Source of the DNA: Pseudogymnoascus verrucosus
Lineage: Eukaryota
DNA length: 64,000 nt
Reading direction: 5' to 3' (one strand)
NCBI GenBank assembly: GCA_001662655.1
Contig: KV460207.1
Under the pieces are notes generated by a model, which was not told the origin of the DNA, made no database searches, and saw only the letters and a program-made list of their open reading frames with translations. The translations under genes and the position numbers were made by a program. This document shows, one piece after another, positions 12,682-25,156 of this stretch. Numbering within the stretch: position 1 is the first letter of the stretch; every line of letters starts with the position of its first letter.

Positions 12682-14133
12682 ATGGCAGGACCAACGAAAT
12701 CCCGCTGGGCGGACGATGAAGAGGATGCTGCTCTAGATACGCAGCGAAAGCGCGAAAAGGAAGAAAAGAAGCGCGCAAAGGCTGAGAAGCAGCGGAAGGC
12801 TGATGAAGCTGCTGCAGCTGCCGCTGAGCAACAGCGGCTAGAAGCATTGCGCCGCGCACAAGAGACACAACCAGAGCATGCTGAGCTAGCGAACCGGCCG
12901 GCGAAGAGGCGGAGGTTATCTCCAGAGTTGGCAGGGGAGACAAAGAGCGGACAGGCGAAATTGTTGAGGTTCCATGGCTCGCAATGGAAGAAATGTCGCA
13001 GCGTCGAGGATTTCGAGAAGTTGAACGACATTGAGGAGGGAGCATACGGATGGGTATCGCGGGCAAAAGACTCGATTACGGGTAAAGTTGTGGCGTTAAA
13101 GAGGCTTAAGATGGAGAATGCACAGGATGGTGTGCCAGTCACTGGGTTGCGAGAGATCCAAACTCTGATGGATTGCTCACATCCCAACATTGTGCGCCTA
13201 CAGGAGATAGTAGTTGGTGAGGACACCAGCAAGATTGAGAAGTAAGTAGCCAGTTCTGCCACCTGCGTACTGTCACTAACAAGAAACAGCATCTTCCTTG
13301 TCCTTGACTTCCTAGAACACGACCTCAAAACCCTCCTCGAAGACCTCTCCGAGCCATTCCTCCCCTCTGAAACCAAGACCCTCTTCCACCAGCTGGTGTC
13401 GGGAGTTGCATACCTTCACTCGAACTGGATTCTCCACCGCGACCTCAAAACCTCCAACCTTCTCCTCAACAATCGAGGCATCCTCAAGATAGCAGACTTC
13501 GGCATGGCGCGGTACTTTGGAGACCCCAGCCCGAAACTTACCCAGCTTGTCGTCACCCTCTGGTACCGAGCCCCCGAGCTATTACTCGGTGCAGACAAAT
13601 ACGGTACAGATGTGGACATGTGGTCCGTCGGATGCATATTTGGCGAGCTGCTCACACGCGAGCCGCTGCTCCAGGGGAAAAACGAAGTGGACGAGCTCTC
13701 GAAGATCTTCGAGCTCTGCGGAATCCCGACGGAGGATTCATGGCCTGGCTTTCGTCGCCTACCGAACGCGCGCAGTTTGCGTTTGCCAAAGAACCCAGCT
13801 ACGCACGGCTCTGTGATAAGGAGTAAATTTCCATTCCTCACTACGGCAGGTAGTAACTTATTATCGAGCCTGCTGAGCCTGAACCCAGGAGGCCGTCCGT
13901 CTGCACAGGAAGTGCTGGACTCGCCATATTTCAGGGAAGACCCCAAGATGAAGAGTACGGCCATGTTTCCGACCTTCCCTTCCAAAGCAGGAATGGAGAA
14001 GAGGAGGCGGCACACACCGAATGCACCTATTCGCGGCGATGCACCGGGTCTGCAGAGTATTGATTTCAGCGGTATATTTGCAGGGCGGGAAGAGGAAGAG
14101 AAAGGTGGTGGATTCAGCTTAAAGTTGATATAG
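12682..14133 (+). CDS. CDK11: CDK11/PITSLRE-type cyclin-dependent kinase (Ppk23-like); intron 13242-13289
   Basis: CRSVEDFEKLNDIEEGAYG, PVTGLREI, HRDLKTSNLL, DFGMAR, VVTLWYRAPELLLG, MFPTFPSK, C-terminal GFSLK. Confidence 0.92.
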
Positions 14134-14436
14134 CGTTTCCCTGAACGAGATGGAAAGTTGGGAGGTGGATATACCCTGGGAATGGACATCGTAGATAACC
14201 GGGATACAGTAGAATACAACGTCTGCTTTAATTAATTCATTAAATATCCGCTTGGTGTGCTATCTATGCTAGCCAAAATCATAACACGAAACTCCGCAAA
14301 GCGCCAGGTTCCGTTGCCTCATAAAACCTATGCTAAACAGATCAAACCAGTCCACCCCCTCCAACTGACTCTGCAATTAATACGCCAAATTATCCCCTTA
14401 TTTTCCTCAACTGTACAAAATATATAAATGAATGCG

Positions 14437-15300
14437 TTACCAAATAACATTCAGCCCATTGACAAACCACGTGAATGTCATCACTGTGATGATGCTCATC
14501 CCGAACATAAAACCGAGTGCGTTGCGCTCTAATGAGCCGAATGCACCGCTGCACGATATACATGGTACAGGTCCCGAATCATCTGCGTAATTCTGACCGT
14601 TATACATTCCGAATGTGAAGCTTTTGAACGGGGAGAGATATCCAGCCACTGGAACATCGCTTTCGCTACCCTCAGAGTCGTATATAATCAGGGTGTATGT
14701 TGCCACCACCAAAGGTGCACTGCTGGTCTCATATCCGTTGGAATCCCACACAGCCTGTTGTGTGGGGGCGGTACCATTGATTGTCTGGTTCATGGCAATC
14801 GTATACATCGCTTGGTTGAGTGTGCATGTAGCCATGATGTTCAGCGCCGTGGGAGTTGCCAATAGATCGGTGAAGTTAAAGCCAAAGGTCGCCTTGTCAC
14901 CAATCTTAAAGATGGGCATGCCGGCTGTCGCCGTGGGGCTGACAACAGTAATACCACCAACTGGCAATCGGGGGTCATAGGTCGTATGGACGGCAGGTTT
15001 GGTTGTTTTCGAGGCGGTCGAAGACCCCTTTGATTCAGAAACTGAGCTTGATTTATGTTGGCCAGAGCTGGGTGTCTCCGTTGGTTTGCTACTAGTTTGT
15101 GAGGTACTTTGCGTGTTCGATTCTGCAACTTGGTTAGTAGATCTCCTAGACCAATAAATGGGCGACGTACGGTCTTCATTGGCGCGCACGACAAGAGAAT
15201 CAACCTCAGGAAAGAAGCTCGGCCACGGCCATGCTGCAGTAAACGTCGAGAGTAGTACAAAAAAGGTCGCGTAGATGAAAAACGACGTTGTTGACCTCAT
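14437..15300 (-). CDS. Fungal cell-surface/membrane protein (signal peptide, S/T-rich stretch, C-terminal hydrophobic segment); probable intron 15123-15170
   Basis: Signal peptide MRSTTSFFIYATFFVLLSTFTAA|WPWP; C-terminal C-x-x-C then TM segment; 48-nt GTACGT...TACTAAC...CAG intron. Confidence 0.8.
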   Translation of the reverse strand: MRSTTSFFIYATFFVLLSTFTAAWPWPSFFPEVDSLVVRANEDRTSPIYWSRRSTNQVAESNTQSTSQTSSKPTETPSSGQHKSSSVSESKGSSTASKTTKPAVHTTYDPRLPVGGITVVSPTATAGMPIFKIGDKATFGFNFTDLLATPTALNIMATCTLNQAMYTIAMNQTINGTAPTQQAVWDSNGYETSSAPLVVATYTLIIYDSEGSESDVPVAGYLSPFKSFTFGMYNGQNYADDSGPVPCISCSGAFGSLERNALGFMFGMSIITVMTFTWFVNGLNVIW

Positions 15301-16113
15301 TTTGGCGGCTGGCCAGAAGCAAAGTAATGTGGCCTAAGTTAGGCAGGACCGTTGCCACTGATACTGATCTCGATATATCCCTCCAAGCAACGATTATAAG
15401 TGCAGTGGATATCTCTCGGTGAGATAGTGGTCGTCGGGTGTCGCGGTTCAAAATTCGTTGTCAGAACGAGACGTGTTTACCCCTGTCCTACACTGTGCGT
15501 TGTTGAGAGATAGTAGGATGAGAGTCGCCGAGCGAGTGAAGGCAAAACTGCGTAATAGATAATACAATGGAAATAACGAAGGAAGTCCGAGAAGGTAACT
15601 ATCAGAATCAGAAAGCGCTCTCGCCGGTAGAAAATGGAATCTCGTATTGGACTGGAGAATCCGTATTTAGCTTTCGGCCAGATGCATGCGGATCCTGTTT
15701 ATTTTTAGATCCCAGCCTCAATCCGATCACGTGATTACGTCAAATACTGACCTCTGTAGTGATAAATGAGTGCTTCTGTTAGCTCTACTCTATTGTACAG
15801 AATGTACTGCCTAAATTATGAAACTTTCTTTCGTGCAAAATTGTTATTGCATTGCAGACTGGTATTATTGCTTAGACGCTACGGCTAGATGGTAGCCCTG
15901 TGACTCTGCATAAAAGATGCTGATCCTGAACGACCTTACGCGCTCTGAAATATTCATGCTCTAGGCTGTTTCCTAGCCCTATTTGCCGAAGCGCTCAAGC
16001 CCATTAACGCCTCATAAGTATAGGCATTGTCAGCCGCAAGCTCCCGTCACTGATGCGTCAACGCAAAATACCCAGCCAGACCGTTGAGCGTTGACCGACT
16101 GCCCCGTTGTATT

Positions 16114-16998
16114 TCATGCAACAAGATGCATATAATGGCCTGGAACCCTCTGCTGACACTTTTCACAATCACTCTTGTATCCCATGCTTAATTTTTTAGC
16201 ATTGCCCCCAAACCCATCGCCCATCCCTGTTGGGACATGCCCCATATTCCTGACACCAAGCTTGGTCGAACCATACCTCTTCAGGCTGTCTCTTGCAGGC
16301 GTTCGTGTTTCCACATCCATCTGCATATCTGCCATAAAGCTGGTCGGCATTTTGTGACTGAATTCATCCTCACTGATGGGGCTGGGAAGGCGACGGTCAT
16401 ATTTCAGCCTGCTGGTAGCTTCCTGAATTGGTAAACCGCGATTGCTCGTTCGAACATTGGACGAAAAGTGGCCAGTAATAGGCGTTGGGATGCGGCCGGC
16501 ATGTTTAATGGAGGGGTCCATCTGAGAAGGTTGCGATAGTTGTGGGCTATCATCCATGTCCTCATCGATATCCATGGAATCGTTTCCTTGCAATCTTTGC
16601 GATGCCGCTTGTTGGCTGTTATGCCAGTCTGAAAGTGAACTTTCTTGGGGTAGGACCTGTCCGTAAAGATGCGGAATAGCTGGCGAAGTATGGTATGGGT
16701 TGTTCCATCCAATATTTGGGCGGTCTTCGCTATCCGAACCGTTTGGAGTGATCTCAGCCCCTCTTGGTTGAGACATTGCATTACTCCGAGGACGAGGAGG
16801 AGAGTTAGTTAGCGGTCGGATGGCAAGAGAAGACGTGATCTGGTTCTGGGAGATGAACTCCAACGCTATAGAGGATCGTTTAGTGTTGTCGCGCGCCTTG
16901 AGGATACGCCTGTGCTCGCTGAAGCCATGCAGCGTGGCATCATCATCTTCCTGCCGGTTTCGTTTTCTGGAATTCTGGATATTCATAGCAGAATGCAT
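16114..16998 (-). CDS. Hypothetical fungal protein with basic NLS-like motif and C-terminal C-x2-C-x6-H-x2-H motif
   Basis: 294-aa ORF with RKRNR, RIPTPI, RLPSPISEDE and terminal SMGYKSDCEKCQQRVPGHYMH. Confidence 0.75.
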   Translation of the reverse strand: MHSAMNIQNSRKRNRQEDDDATLHGFSEHRRILKARDNTKRSSIALEFISQNQITSSLAIRPLTNSPPRPRSNAMSQPRGAEITPNGSDSEDRPNIGWNNPYHTSPAIPHLYGQVLPQESSLSDWHNSQQAASQRLQGNDSMDIDEDMDDSPQLSQPSQMDPSIKHAGRIPTPITGHFSSNVRTSNRGLPIQEATSRLKYDRRLPSPISEDEFSHKMPTSFMADMQMDVETRTPARDSLKRYGSTKLGVRNMGHVPTGMGDGFGGNAKKLSMGYKSDCEKCQQRVPGHYMHLVA

Positions 16999-17796
16999 CG
17001 AGACGTCGAGTTACAACAACAATTAACCCCAAGTCTGTGAATTGTTTGATTGTTGGGGTGGATGTTCGTGTTGTGAGGGCGATGCAGGGAGGCTTAGACA
17101 GGATCATGGACGTGCTTGATGACGGAGCCTGGTGGGGGGATGGTCGCTACTCAATTCTTTATCCCTCCTGCGCCGGAGTCTCAAGCAGGTAATCCTTCTC
17201 GCGGTCGCTGGCACACTCGGGATAACGATTGGAAGCCGATAGACGGTCAGTTTCACTTTTGCCTCATCCACATATGGTTGGTGTTTTGGATTTCGGGAAG
17301 CCTTCATCCAGGCGGGTATGTCGCGGAGATAAGTCCCTCCGATTCAATGTTTAGCCTAGCGTTCCTGGCGCCTTCAGCCTTGCTTATGTAAACCAATTCG
17401 TGGACCCCGATATACGGCTAAGATCAAGGCGGTGAGACGAATGCGAAAAAGAATTTGCCCACACCGAGTTTGCTCCGAGCACATGTTGGTGGGGTTAATG
17501 TGGTGTGTGTACAATGTGCTAGAGTCATAGGTTGAGAACATTCCTGACTGGGCCTTGGACTGCAGAAAGAGAACTTTATATTTATCTGCATATATTATTT
17601 ATATAATTCCCTCATAGAGCATTTTAGAGATTTTGCCATTTTGGAGCCAAAATTGTCATTGTGGTAATCAAAGGACAACAATTGGTCATTTGCCGACACA
17701 TATCTCTTGGTTGGCTACTTCATCCTCGCCTTTTGAATATACACCTTTAAAAACTACACCAACACAACCCATTGCTTCACCCCTCCTATACTCGCC

Positions 17797-18991
<1,195 letters not shown>

Positions 18992-19410
18992 ATGCAGCTT
19001 CAAAAAGTTTTGTTGTTAGCGTTACCACTGGTGCACAAAAAGCGGAAAACGATGCCATAGATTGTGGATATTTCTGTCGTGACATCTACTATGCGAAACT
19101 TGTTTGACCATTTTGATACACTTGATACAGGTTCTGATCCGACCACAATATGGATGTGACATATCCCTTCTGGCTTCCTAGGCCCCGGCACTTTCCAAGG
19201 TAGGCGGTAGACTTCATATGATCGAGCCAGCAATTCCCCTCGGTTCTTGGCCTACCATGAAGAGCTTTATACTTCGACCGACAGCCAAAGCCTTCCCATT
19301 CTCCGCTCGACATAGCCGTTTCTGTTTCTATTGGCTTGTGTATATTGGTGTGCATCGCGCCAACGCCTCGATTATCCACGCGCTTCCTTGACTAGCATCT
19401 CGGATCCAGA

Positions 19411-19965
19411 TTATTCGCTATTTACAGGTGCATACACCCCTTGGTCGTCTTGCCGCGAGTCACTGCGCCTGAACAGGCCAGGGCCTAAAGCTCTCCTCTT
19501 TTCCACGATTTTCGATCCAGCGGCCCAGCCGAGAAGTCCTAATGTCGTGCAAATAAACGCTAGCACGATAATCTGGTCCTTCCTGCTATCCCTCTGGAAG
19601 CACGTTGTGAATATGTCCTTCTCTTCGGCATTCTTGCAGATCGGTAGGTTTTGCGCGATACAGAAAGCGCGATTACATTGGCTGCAATCGGCAGAGGAGG
19701 CAGCACGGCGCTCTAGGGATGAGGACGCATCGGGCGAGAATCGGTTGAGGAGGTTCGCCGACTTCTGAGCGGTGGTTTTCGGTGTAAGTTCGATGATGGT
19801 GCTGTTTGTGAAGCACGTGCATTTGCAGAAGGAGGGAGGGGCTAGAGGGTTAATCAGCGACTGCAATTAAATAACTAAAGAATTTCACGAGAAATTAGAC
19901 TCACAGGCGCAAGAGACAGTGATGAAGAGGGCGAAGAACGCGGCGAGGAGAGCCTGGAACCGCAT
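19411..19965 (-). CDS. Small Cys-rich fungal membrane protein (signal peptide, 6 Cys, one TM), 2 exons
   Basis: Exon 1 MRFQALLAAFFALFITVSCA, then a GTGAGT intron. Exon 2 FCKCTC...CSQCNRAFC...C...TTCFQRDSRKDQIIV plus TM segment. Confidence 0.8.
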
Positions 19966-20303
19966 TCCGACGTGAAGCTCGCGTTATATGCTATGGAAGG
20001 CCGTCGGGTTCTGTGGATAACAAGCAGTGCCCAGTAATCGTTAGATGTAATATTATACCCCTCTCTAGAATCGGAACTTAATAGGATTCTTATTCTGCGA
20101 TATTCGAGAGATGCATTGAATGATGAAGCGTATCATATGCTACCAAGGCTACGACCCGGGATAATCGCGATGTTCCGAAATGGACTAGCGCCATGAGCAT
20201 TGGCCTCTAGCCGTTGTTGGCCAAAACTTCATGGGCGTTCGGGGTCGAAATAAAATAAGTCAGGTCAACACTGCCATTCTCGCCCAAACGCACACAACAC
20301 ACG

Positions 20304-21480
20304 ATGCGACGAGTAGTACGAGCTGAACGAGCCATCGGGCGCATCCTGTCAACACCGTCTTCGACGCAGTTTACTTGCGCCGCCTGCCGCCAACATGCTG
20401 CTCCCTTCTCGACTCGCGCGAGCTTAAAAGCCGTCGACATGGAGAAATGGCGCAAGAAGATCTGGGGAACAGACAAGCCGCCCGGTGCTGCAGACCCTTA
20501 CGGAGGGCCTGGTGCAGCAGAAATATACGAGGCTGAGAGAAAAGCAAAGAAAGGAGAAACTGCCGTCGAAGAGACTTCGACTACACCCGCTGCGGATTGG
20601 GATATGTCCGCATACGAACCGGCAGATAACTGGGCTGGGTTGGAAGAGGTTGGAGGAAGGGGAGTCTGGTGGAGTGGGAGGGAGGAACCCAATTACGCTG
20701 GATACATCCCGCAGCAGAAGGTTACGGATCCATACGAGCTGACTGCGGCCCTACATCGCGCTGTGATCGAAGTATTCGCACTTCGTGATGCGGAGCAACC
20801 ATTGTCCAAACTCGCCAATTCCGATGTTGGACCTGATCTCACGACCGAAGTACAGATCGTCATGGCAGATGGAGGAGCCAAGCTGAGCCTCCCGCAAAAC
20901 ATCGGTTTACAGGAGATTGCAGATTCCCTGGCGCCGAGGGTCCAGGAGACTGTCGAGGAGGCAGTGGTTGAGGATGAGACAGCCGTTAAGACTGACCCAA
21001 CAGAATCAGAGGAGGACGTCGCTGCAGACAGATCCGCTGTTGACCCTCTGCACCAAGCGCAAGTACAGAGTGCAGTTGAGAGTTGGGACCCAACCTGGCT
21101 CAGTGTCTCTCTCAATGACCCAGAAGTCAAGTTCACTGTGAGTCTTTTGTGCCATTTCTGTTCTCATTGACAAATATACTGACAAAAATAAGGTTGTCAA
21201 GCGCGTGTTGCAGCTGACCGGAATCCGCATGTCTGATTCAAACATCAATGCCTCCAAGAACGCATCGGATATTTTGGGATTCATGGCGACACCACCTAAG
21301 CCAAAGAAGGTTATCGAGGCCCTCGCACAAAGGCACACTCTCTTCGATTTGCCCAATGTTAAGGTTCACGCACGGAGAGTGACCCCGGTTGACAAGGAGA
21401 AGTCGGTGGGGAGATGGAAGGTCATTGAGAAGGAGCTGGAGGCGAGGGGGCTTCCTGTTCTGGGACATAGTAGGAACTAG
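20304..21480 (+). CDS. mL50: Mitochondrial ribosomal protein mL50; intron 21138-21192
   Basis: Mitochondrial presequence; W..VSL.DPEVKF.VVKRV.QLTG, LPNVKVH.RRVTPVDKEK.VGRWKVIEKELEARGLP. Confidence 0.8.
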
Positions 21481-21750
21481 ATATTGGGGCTGTGGATGGT
21501 GTATATTATTGTAGGCTAGCGAAATGTAGATGTATAAGTACGTCCATTATCATCCTTTATATGCGATCAACTGTACTCACTCTCCGATATAATAATGCCA
21601 CAAACCTGATATGGTCATGTGACTGCGGGTAACTCTTTTGCCGGTATACAGGGGGTACCGGCCGGTGGTCTTGCCGACGCTTCCCTCTACGGGCTACACT
21701 ATTGAGACGAAAGAACGAGAGTGGCAGGCCAACCCCAATGGGGCTCCCTT

Positions 21751-21756
21751 CCTCGG
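21751..21756 (+). promoter_or_regulatory. Putative FarA/FarB (CTF1) site CCTCGG next to a TATA-like element
   Basis: CCTCGG about 90 bp upstream of the thiolase ATG, followed by TGTATATACA at 21761. This hexamer is the known Far core motif in fatty-acid catabolism promoters. Confidence 0.5.
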
Positions 21757-21842
21757 GAATTGTATATACAGGGAAGTAATATTTTATTTGTGATCCTACA
21801 TCCTTTCTATTATTCCCGTTTCAAACCCCCCATACCAACAAG

Positions 21843-23105
21843 ATGTCGACAATCGCAAGGAGAGGCCTCAAGAACATCTTGGCCAAAAACGCAGACGACA
21901 TCGTGATACTCTCCTCTCTACGAACATCCATCACTCGCTCTAACCGCGGTGCCTTCAAAGACGCATACCCCGAAGAGTTACTCTCCGCTGTACTACGTGC
22001 TACCCTGGCCGCGAACCCGAATCTTGACCCTGCACTCATCAATGATGTTGCTGTGGGCACTGTTCTCAGTGAACTCGGCGGCTCCAAAGCCGGCCGCATG
22101 GCCATGAACGCCTCTGGGTACCCTTCTTCGACCAGTTTCTACACAGTTAACCGCGCCTGCGCCTCGGGGCTGACGGCGATTACAACCGCTGCCAATGGTA
22201 TCCAGAGTGGGATGACGGATGTGGCCATTGGAGGGGGAATGGAAAGCATGACGAGGAACTATGGTAGCCGTGCCATCCCGGAGGATCTCTGGCCACAATT
22301 GCGAGACACAGACCAAAAGGATGCAAAGGATTGCATCATGCCCATGGGCCTTACATCTGAGAACGTCGCTGAGCGATATGGTGTCAGCCGGGCTGACCAG
22401 GATGCGCTGGCAGTGGAATCCCATAGACGGGCACTGGCGGCGCAGGAAGCAGGGAAGTTTGACGGGCAGATCGTGCCTGTTACCACCCGCTTTCAAGAGG
22501 TGGATAAGCAGGGCAACAAGATTGGAGAGGAACAAACGATTACTGTCACGAAGGATGATGGTATCAGGGCGAATGCAAGCTTGGAGGGAATGGCGAAGCT
22601 GAAGCCAGCTTTCAAAACGGATGGCACGTCTACGGCTGGAAACTCGTCTCAAATCTCCGATGGTGCAGCTGCAACACTGATGATGCGTCGCTCTACGGCT
22701 ACTGCCCTTGGGCTCTCTGGCTCCATCATTGGGAAGTGGGCTGGGAGCTCGATAGTCGGATGCAAACCCGACGAGATGGGCATTGGTCCAGCAATTGCTA
22801 TTCCGAAGCTTCTTGCTCAAACAGGGCTGACTACCGACGATGTTGGGCTGTGGGAGATCAACGAGGCGTTTGCCAGCCAGGCAATTCATTGCGTGAGGGA
22901 GCTCGGTCTGGAGAAGAAATACGAGGAGGGCAAGGTGAACCCGAATGGCGGAGCTATTGCACTGGGACACCCGCTCGGTGCTACTGGGGCGAGGATGGTG
23001 GCAGATCTGCTGCCGGAGATGCAGCGCCAGGGCCTGCAGACGGGAGTTGTGAGCATGTGCATTGGGACCGGGATGGGGATGGCCGGATTGTTTGTTAGAG
23101 AGTAG
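21843..23105 (+). CDS. 3-ketoacyl-CoA thiolase (beta-oxidation), intronless
   Basis: VNRACASGL (catalytic Cys), TAGNSSQISDGAAA, WEINEAFASQ, NPNGGAIALGHPLGATG, SMCIGTGMGMA. Confidence 0.95.
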   Translation: MSTIARRGLKNILAKNADDIVILSSLRTSITRSNRGAFKDAYPEELLSAVLRATLAANPNLDPALINDVAVGTVLSELGGSKAGRMAMNASGYPSSTSFYTVNRACASGLTAITTAANGIQSGMTDVAIGGGMESMTRNYGSRAIPEDLWPQLRDTDQKDAKDCIMPMGLTSENVAERYGVSRADQDALAVESHRRALAAQEAGKFDGQIVPVTTRFQEVDKQGNKIGEEQTITVTKDDGIRANASLEGMAKLKPAFKTDGTSTAGNSSQISDGAAATLMMRRSTATALGLSGSIIGKWAGSSIVGCKPDEMGIGPAIAIPKLLAQTGLTTDDVGLWEINEAFASQAIHCVRELGLEKKYEEGKVNPNGGAIALGHPLGATGARMVADLLPEMQRQGLQTGVVSMCIGTGMGMAGLFVRE

Positions 23106-25156
23106 GTATGTAGTGCTACGTAGATGAGGCATATATTGTATTTAGACCCAAATTATTCATCAAATATGAGGTTCACGATACCACTTGAGTACGTCGAGGA
23201 GGTATATGATGATTTAGGCTGTACTGTACAACTGCAGCTGTTCAGATGCTGCCCAGCGGTGTGAAAGCCAACTCACAAGCAAACAAGCTGAGCGAATGAT
23301 AAAAATAAATAAGCTGGATGCGACCAATCTTCCCTGGAAGTCGTACCGATGACGGCAAAGTCGGTCCATCCGAATATTACGAGATACAGTATAGCATGCC
23401 CCTTCCCATGCATGAAAACAAATTGGTTCCTGTGAGAGCGGTCAAGCAGGGCATAATGTACAATATCATTGACTGACTTTGGAATGTGGTGCAGTAGAGA
23501 CCGGCGGTGTGATAGTCAAAGGCGCATCAGGTAAACATGGCATCCCCATCACGAAGCTCAGCCATCGGCGCGGGTCTAGTACCGGCTTATGCGGTTTTCA
23601 TTCTTAGCTGTGATATATGAAGCTAATGATAGCTTTTATTACCGTGCGACATTAACACCAGCGTCCCGTGTTTGTCTGCTGTGAAATGTTGTGCAGAGGG
23701 CTACAATGCAAGGCTGAGCACAAATGCAGGACACCGATGCGCCGTCGTCCCCTGCCTCGGATGATCTTTGTCGCTTATTTTTGGTGTTGACATGGATCCG
23801 TTCTGCCATCAATCTTAGCGGGGGGAGCTATGAAGCCACCCATGACAACCTTGACTTCACATCGTTCACTATCCCAAACCGCAGCATTCACCCTTCATCC
23901 TCCCAATTTTCGCCCAGGGCACATGCTGGCAAACGTGTCATAAAACCAATGGTCTGAGCTAATTCTTGCTCACCTCTGGAGCTGTTGGTGGCATTTTTGT
24001 TGGCGACGACTTTGGGCCGCCTGTCTCTATCGCGCTGTAAGTGATGGATCATATTTGATGGATGGCATTGGAAACAGCAATGGCGTAGCAAAACCGGGCA
24101 GTGGCACAGCATTGCGTTGTTTACCTGCCCTTCTGACTGACATCGGGCCTTCCGCTCGATGCTCTCCCCAGTGAACATTCCAGAACGGCAATGTCGCACA
24201 AAGTTGGTCAATGTGTGTCATTCACTGACGATTTGTATTGTTTAGATTCCCTCGCCTTTGCCGAGCAAATCAGCCAAAGATGGCCAGCAATTCGGAAGTA
24301 TGTATTGTCTCAGCTGCCCCGTTCCTCCCTGATTTCCTGTTGTCGCTTTCCCAATGATCTTTGGTATTCCCTCTTAATTTCCTCTTTGGGCGCTTTGTGG
24401 CTTGATACTAGTGGTGTCAAGGGCCGGGCATGATGCATCGAACCAGGCGCGCAGCATCGCCAGGTACCAAGCTTGGGATGCGTCAACCTTAATTTCCGTC
24501 TCCGCGCGTACCGCTTCCCCCTCGTCGCGTTTTTGGGGCGGGATATGCGGCAGCTGGAGAGAGGTGGTAATCATGCCGTCTTTCGTTGCCGCCAATCTGA
24601 CAAGTCTGGCGGCGGACCGAGTCACGCGAGTGCGACTTATGGTGTAGCCAATATGATCCTGTCCCGCCGGCCCTGACATCGTCTTTATTGGAAGTGTGTA
24701 TCCTGTCACCGTGCGTGGGCGACGGCTGGTGAGGCAGACCGGTGAATGGTTTCTGGGTGGGTAACAGCGGTACGCCCATCATCTTTGCCTTGTTTGGAAT
24801 GTCGATCCATCACTCTGCGCTGCTGTTTCTCGATCAAATTCCAATTGGAACGGAGACCTGCCTCTCTTCACTCTGCAGTTGTTCAGGCCGAGTCACATAT
24901 ACCCCACCTGCAAAAAAAAACCCAAAGCCGGCGATAAGACTGCCGCTATTGTAAACGCGAACAAGGAAATAGCTCGATAAGAGAGAGGTTGTGTGTTGTT
25001 CAATATCCCGTCTGGTATCGTCGCGTTTGGCACCACCTCGTTTGACATCGCGTGGTGTCGCTGGGAAGTGTTGTGCTGTGGGAGGTGTCGTGGTAAAGTT
25101 GCGCCCGCACCACCCTCAGGAATTAATTTCACAGCGCAAACTTCCCAGCAGCTTCC

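Noticed and set aside
12666..14219. Antisense ORFs (236 and 267 aa) over the CDK11 gene
   Set aside because: They fully overlap a well-supported kinase and have no protein-like features.
21993..23132. 379-aa antisense ORF over the thiolase
   Set aside because: A shadow of a codon-biased sense gene; no recognisable motifs.
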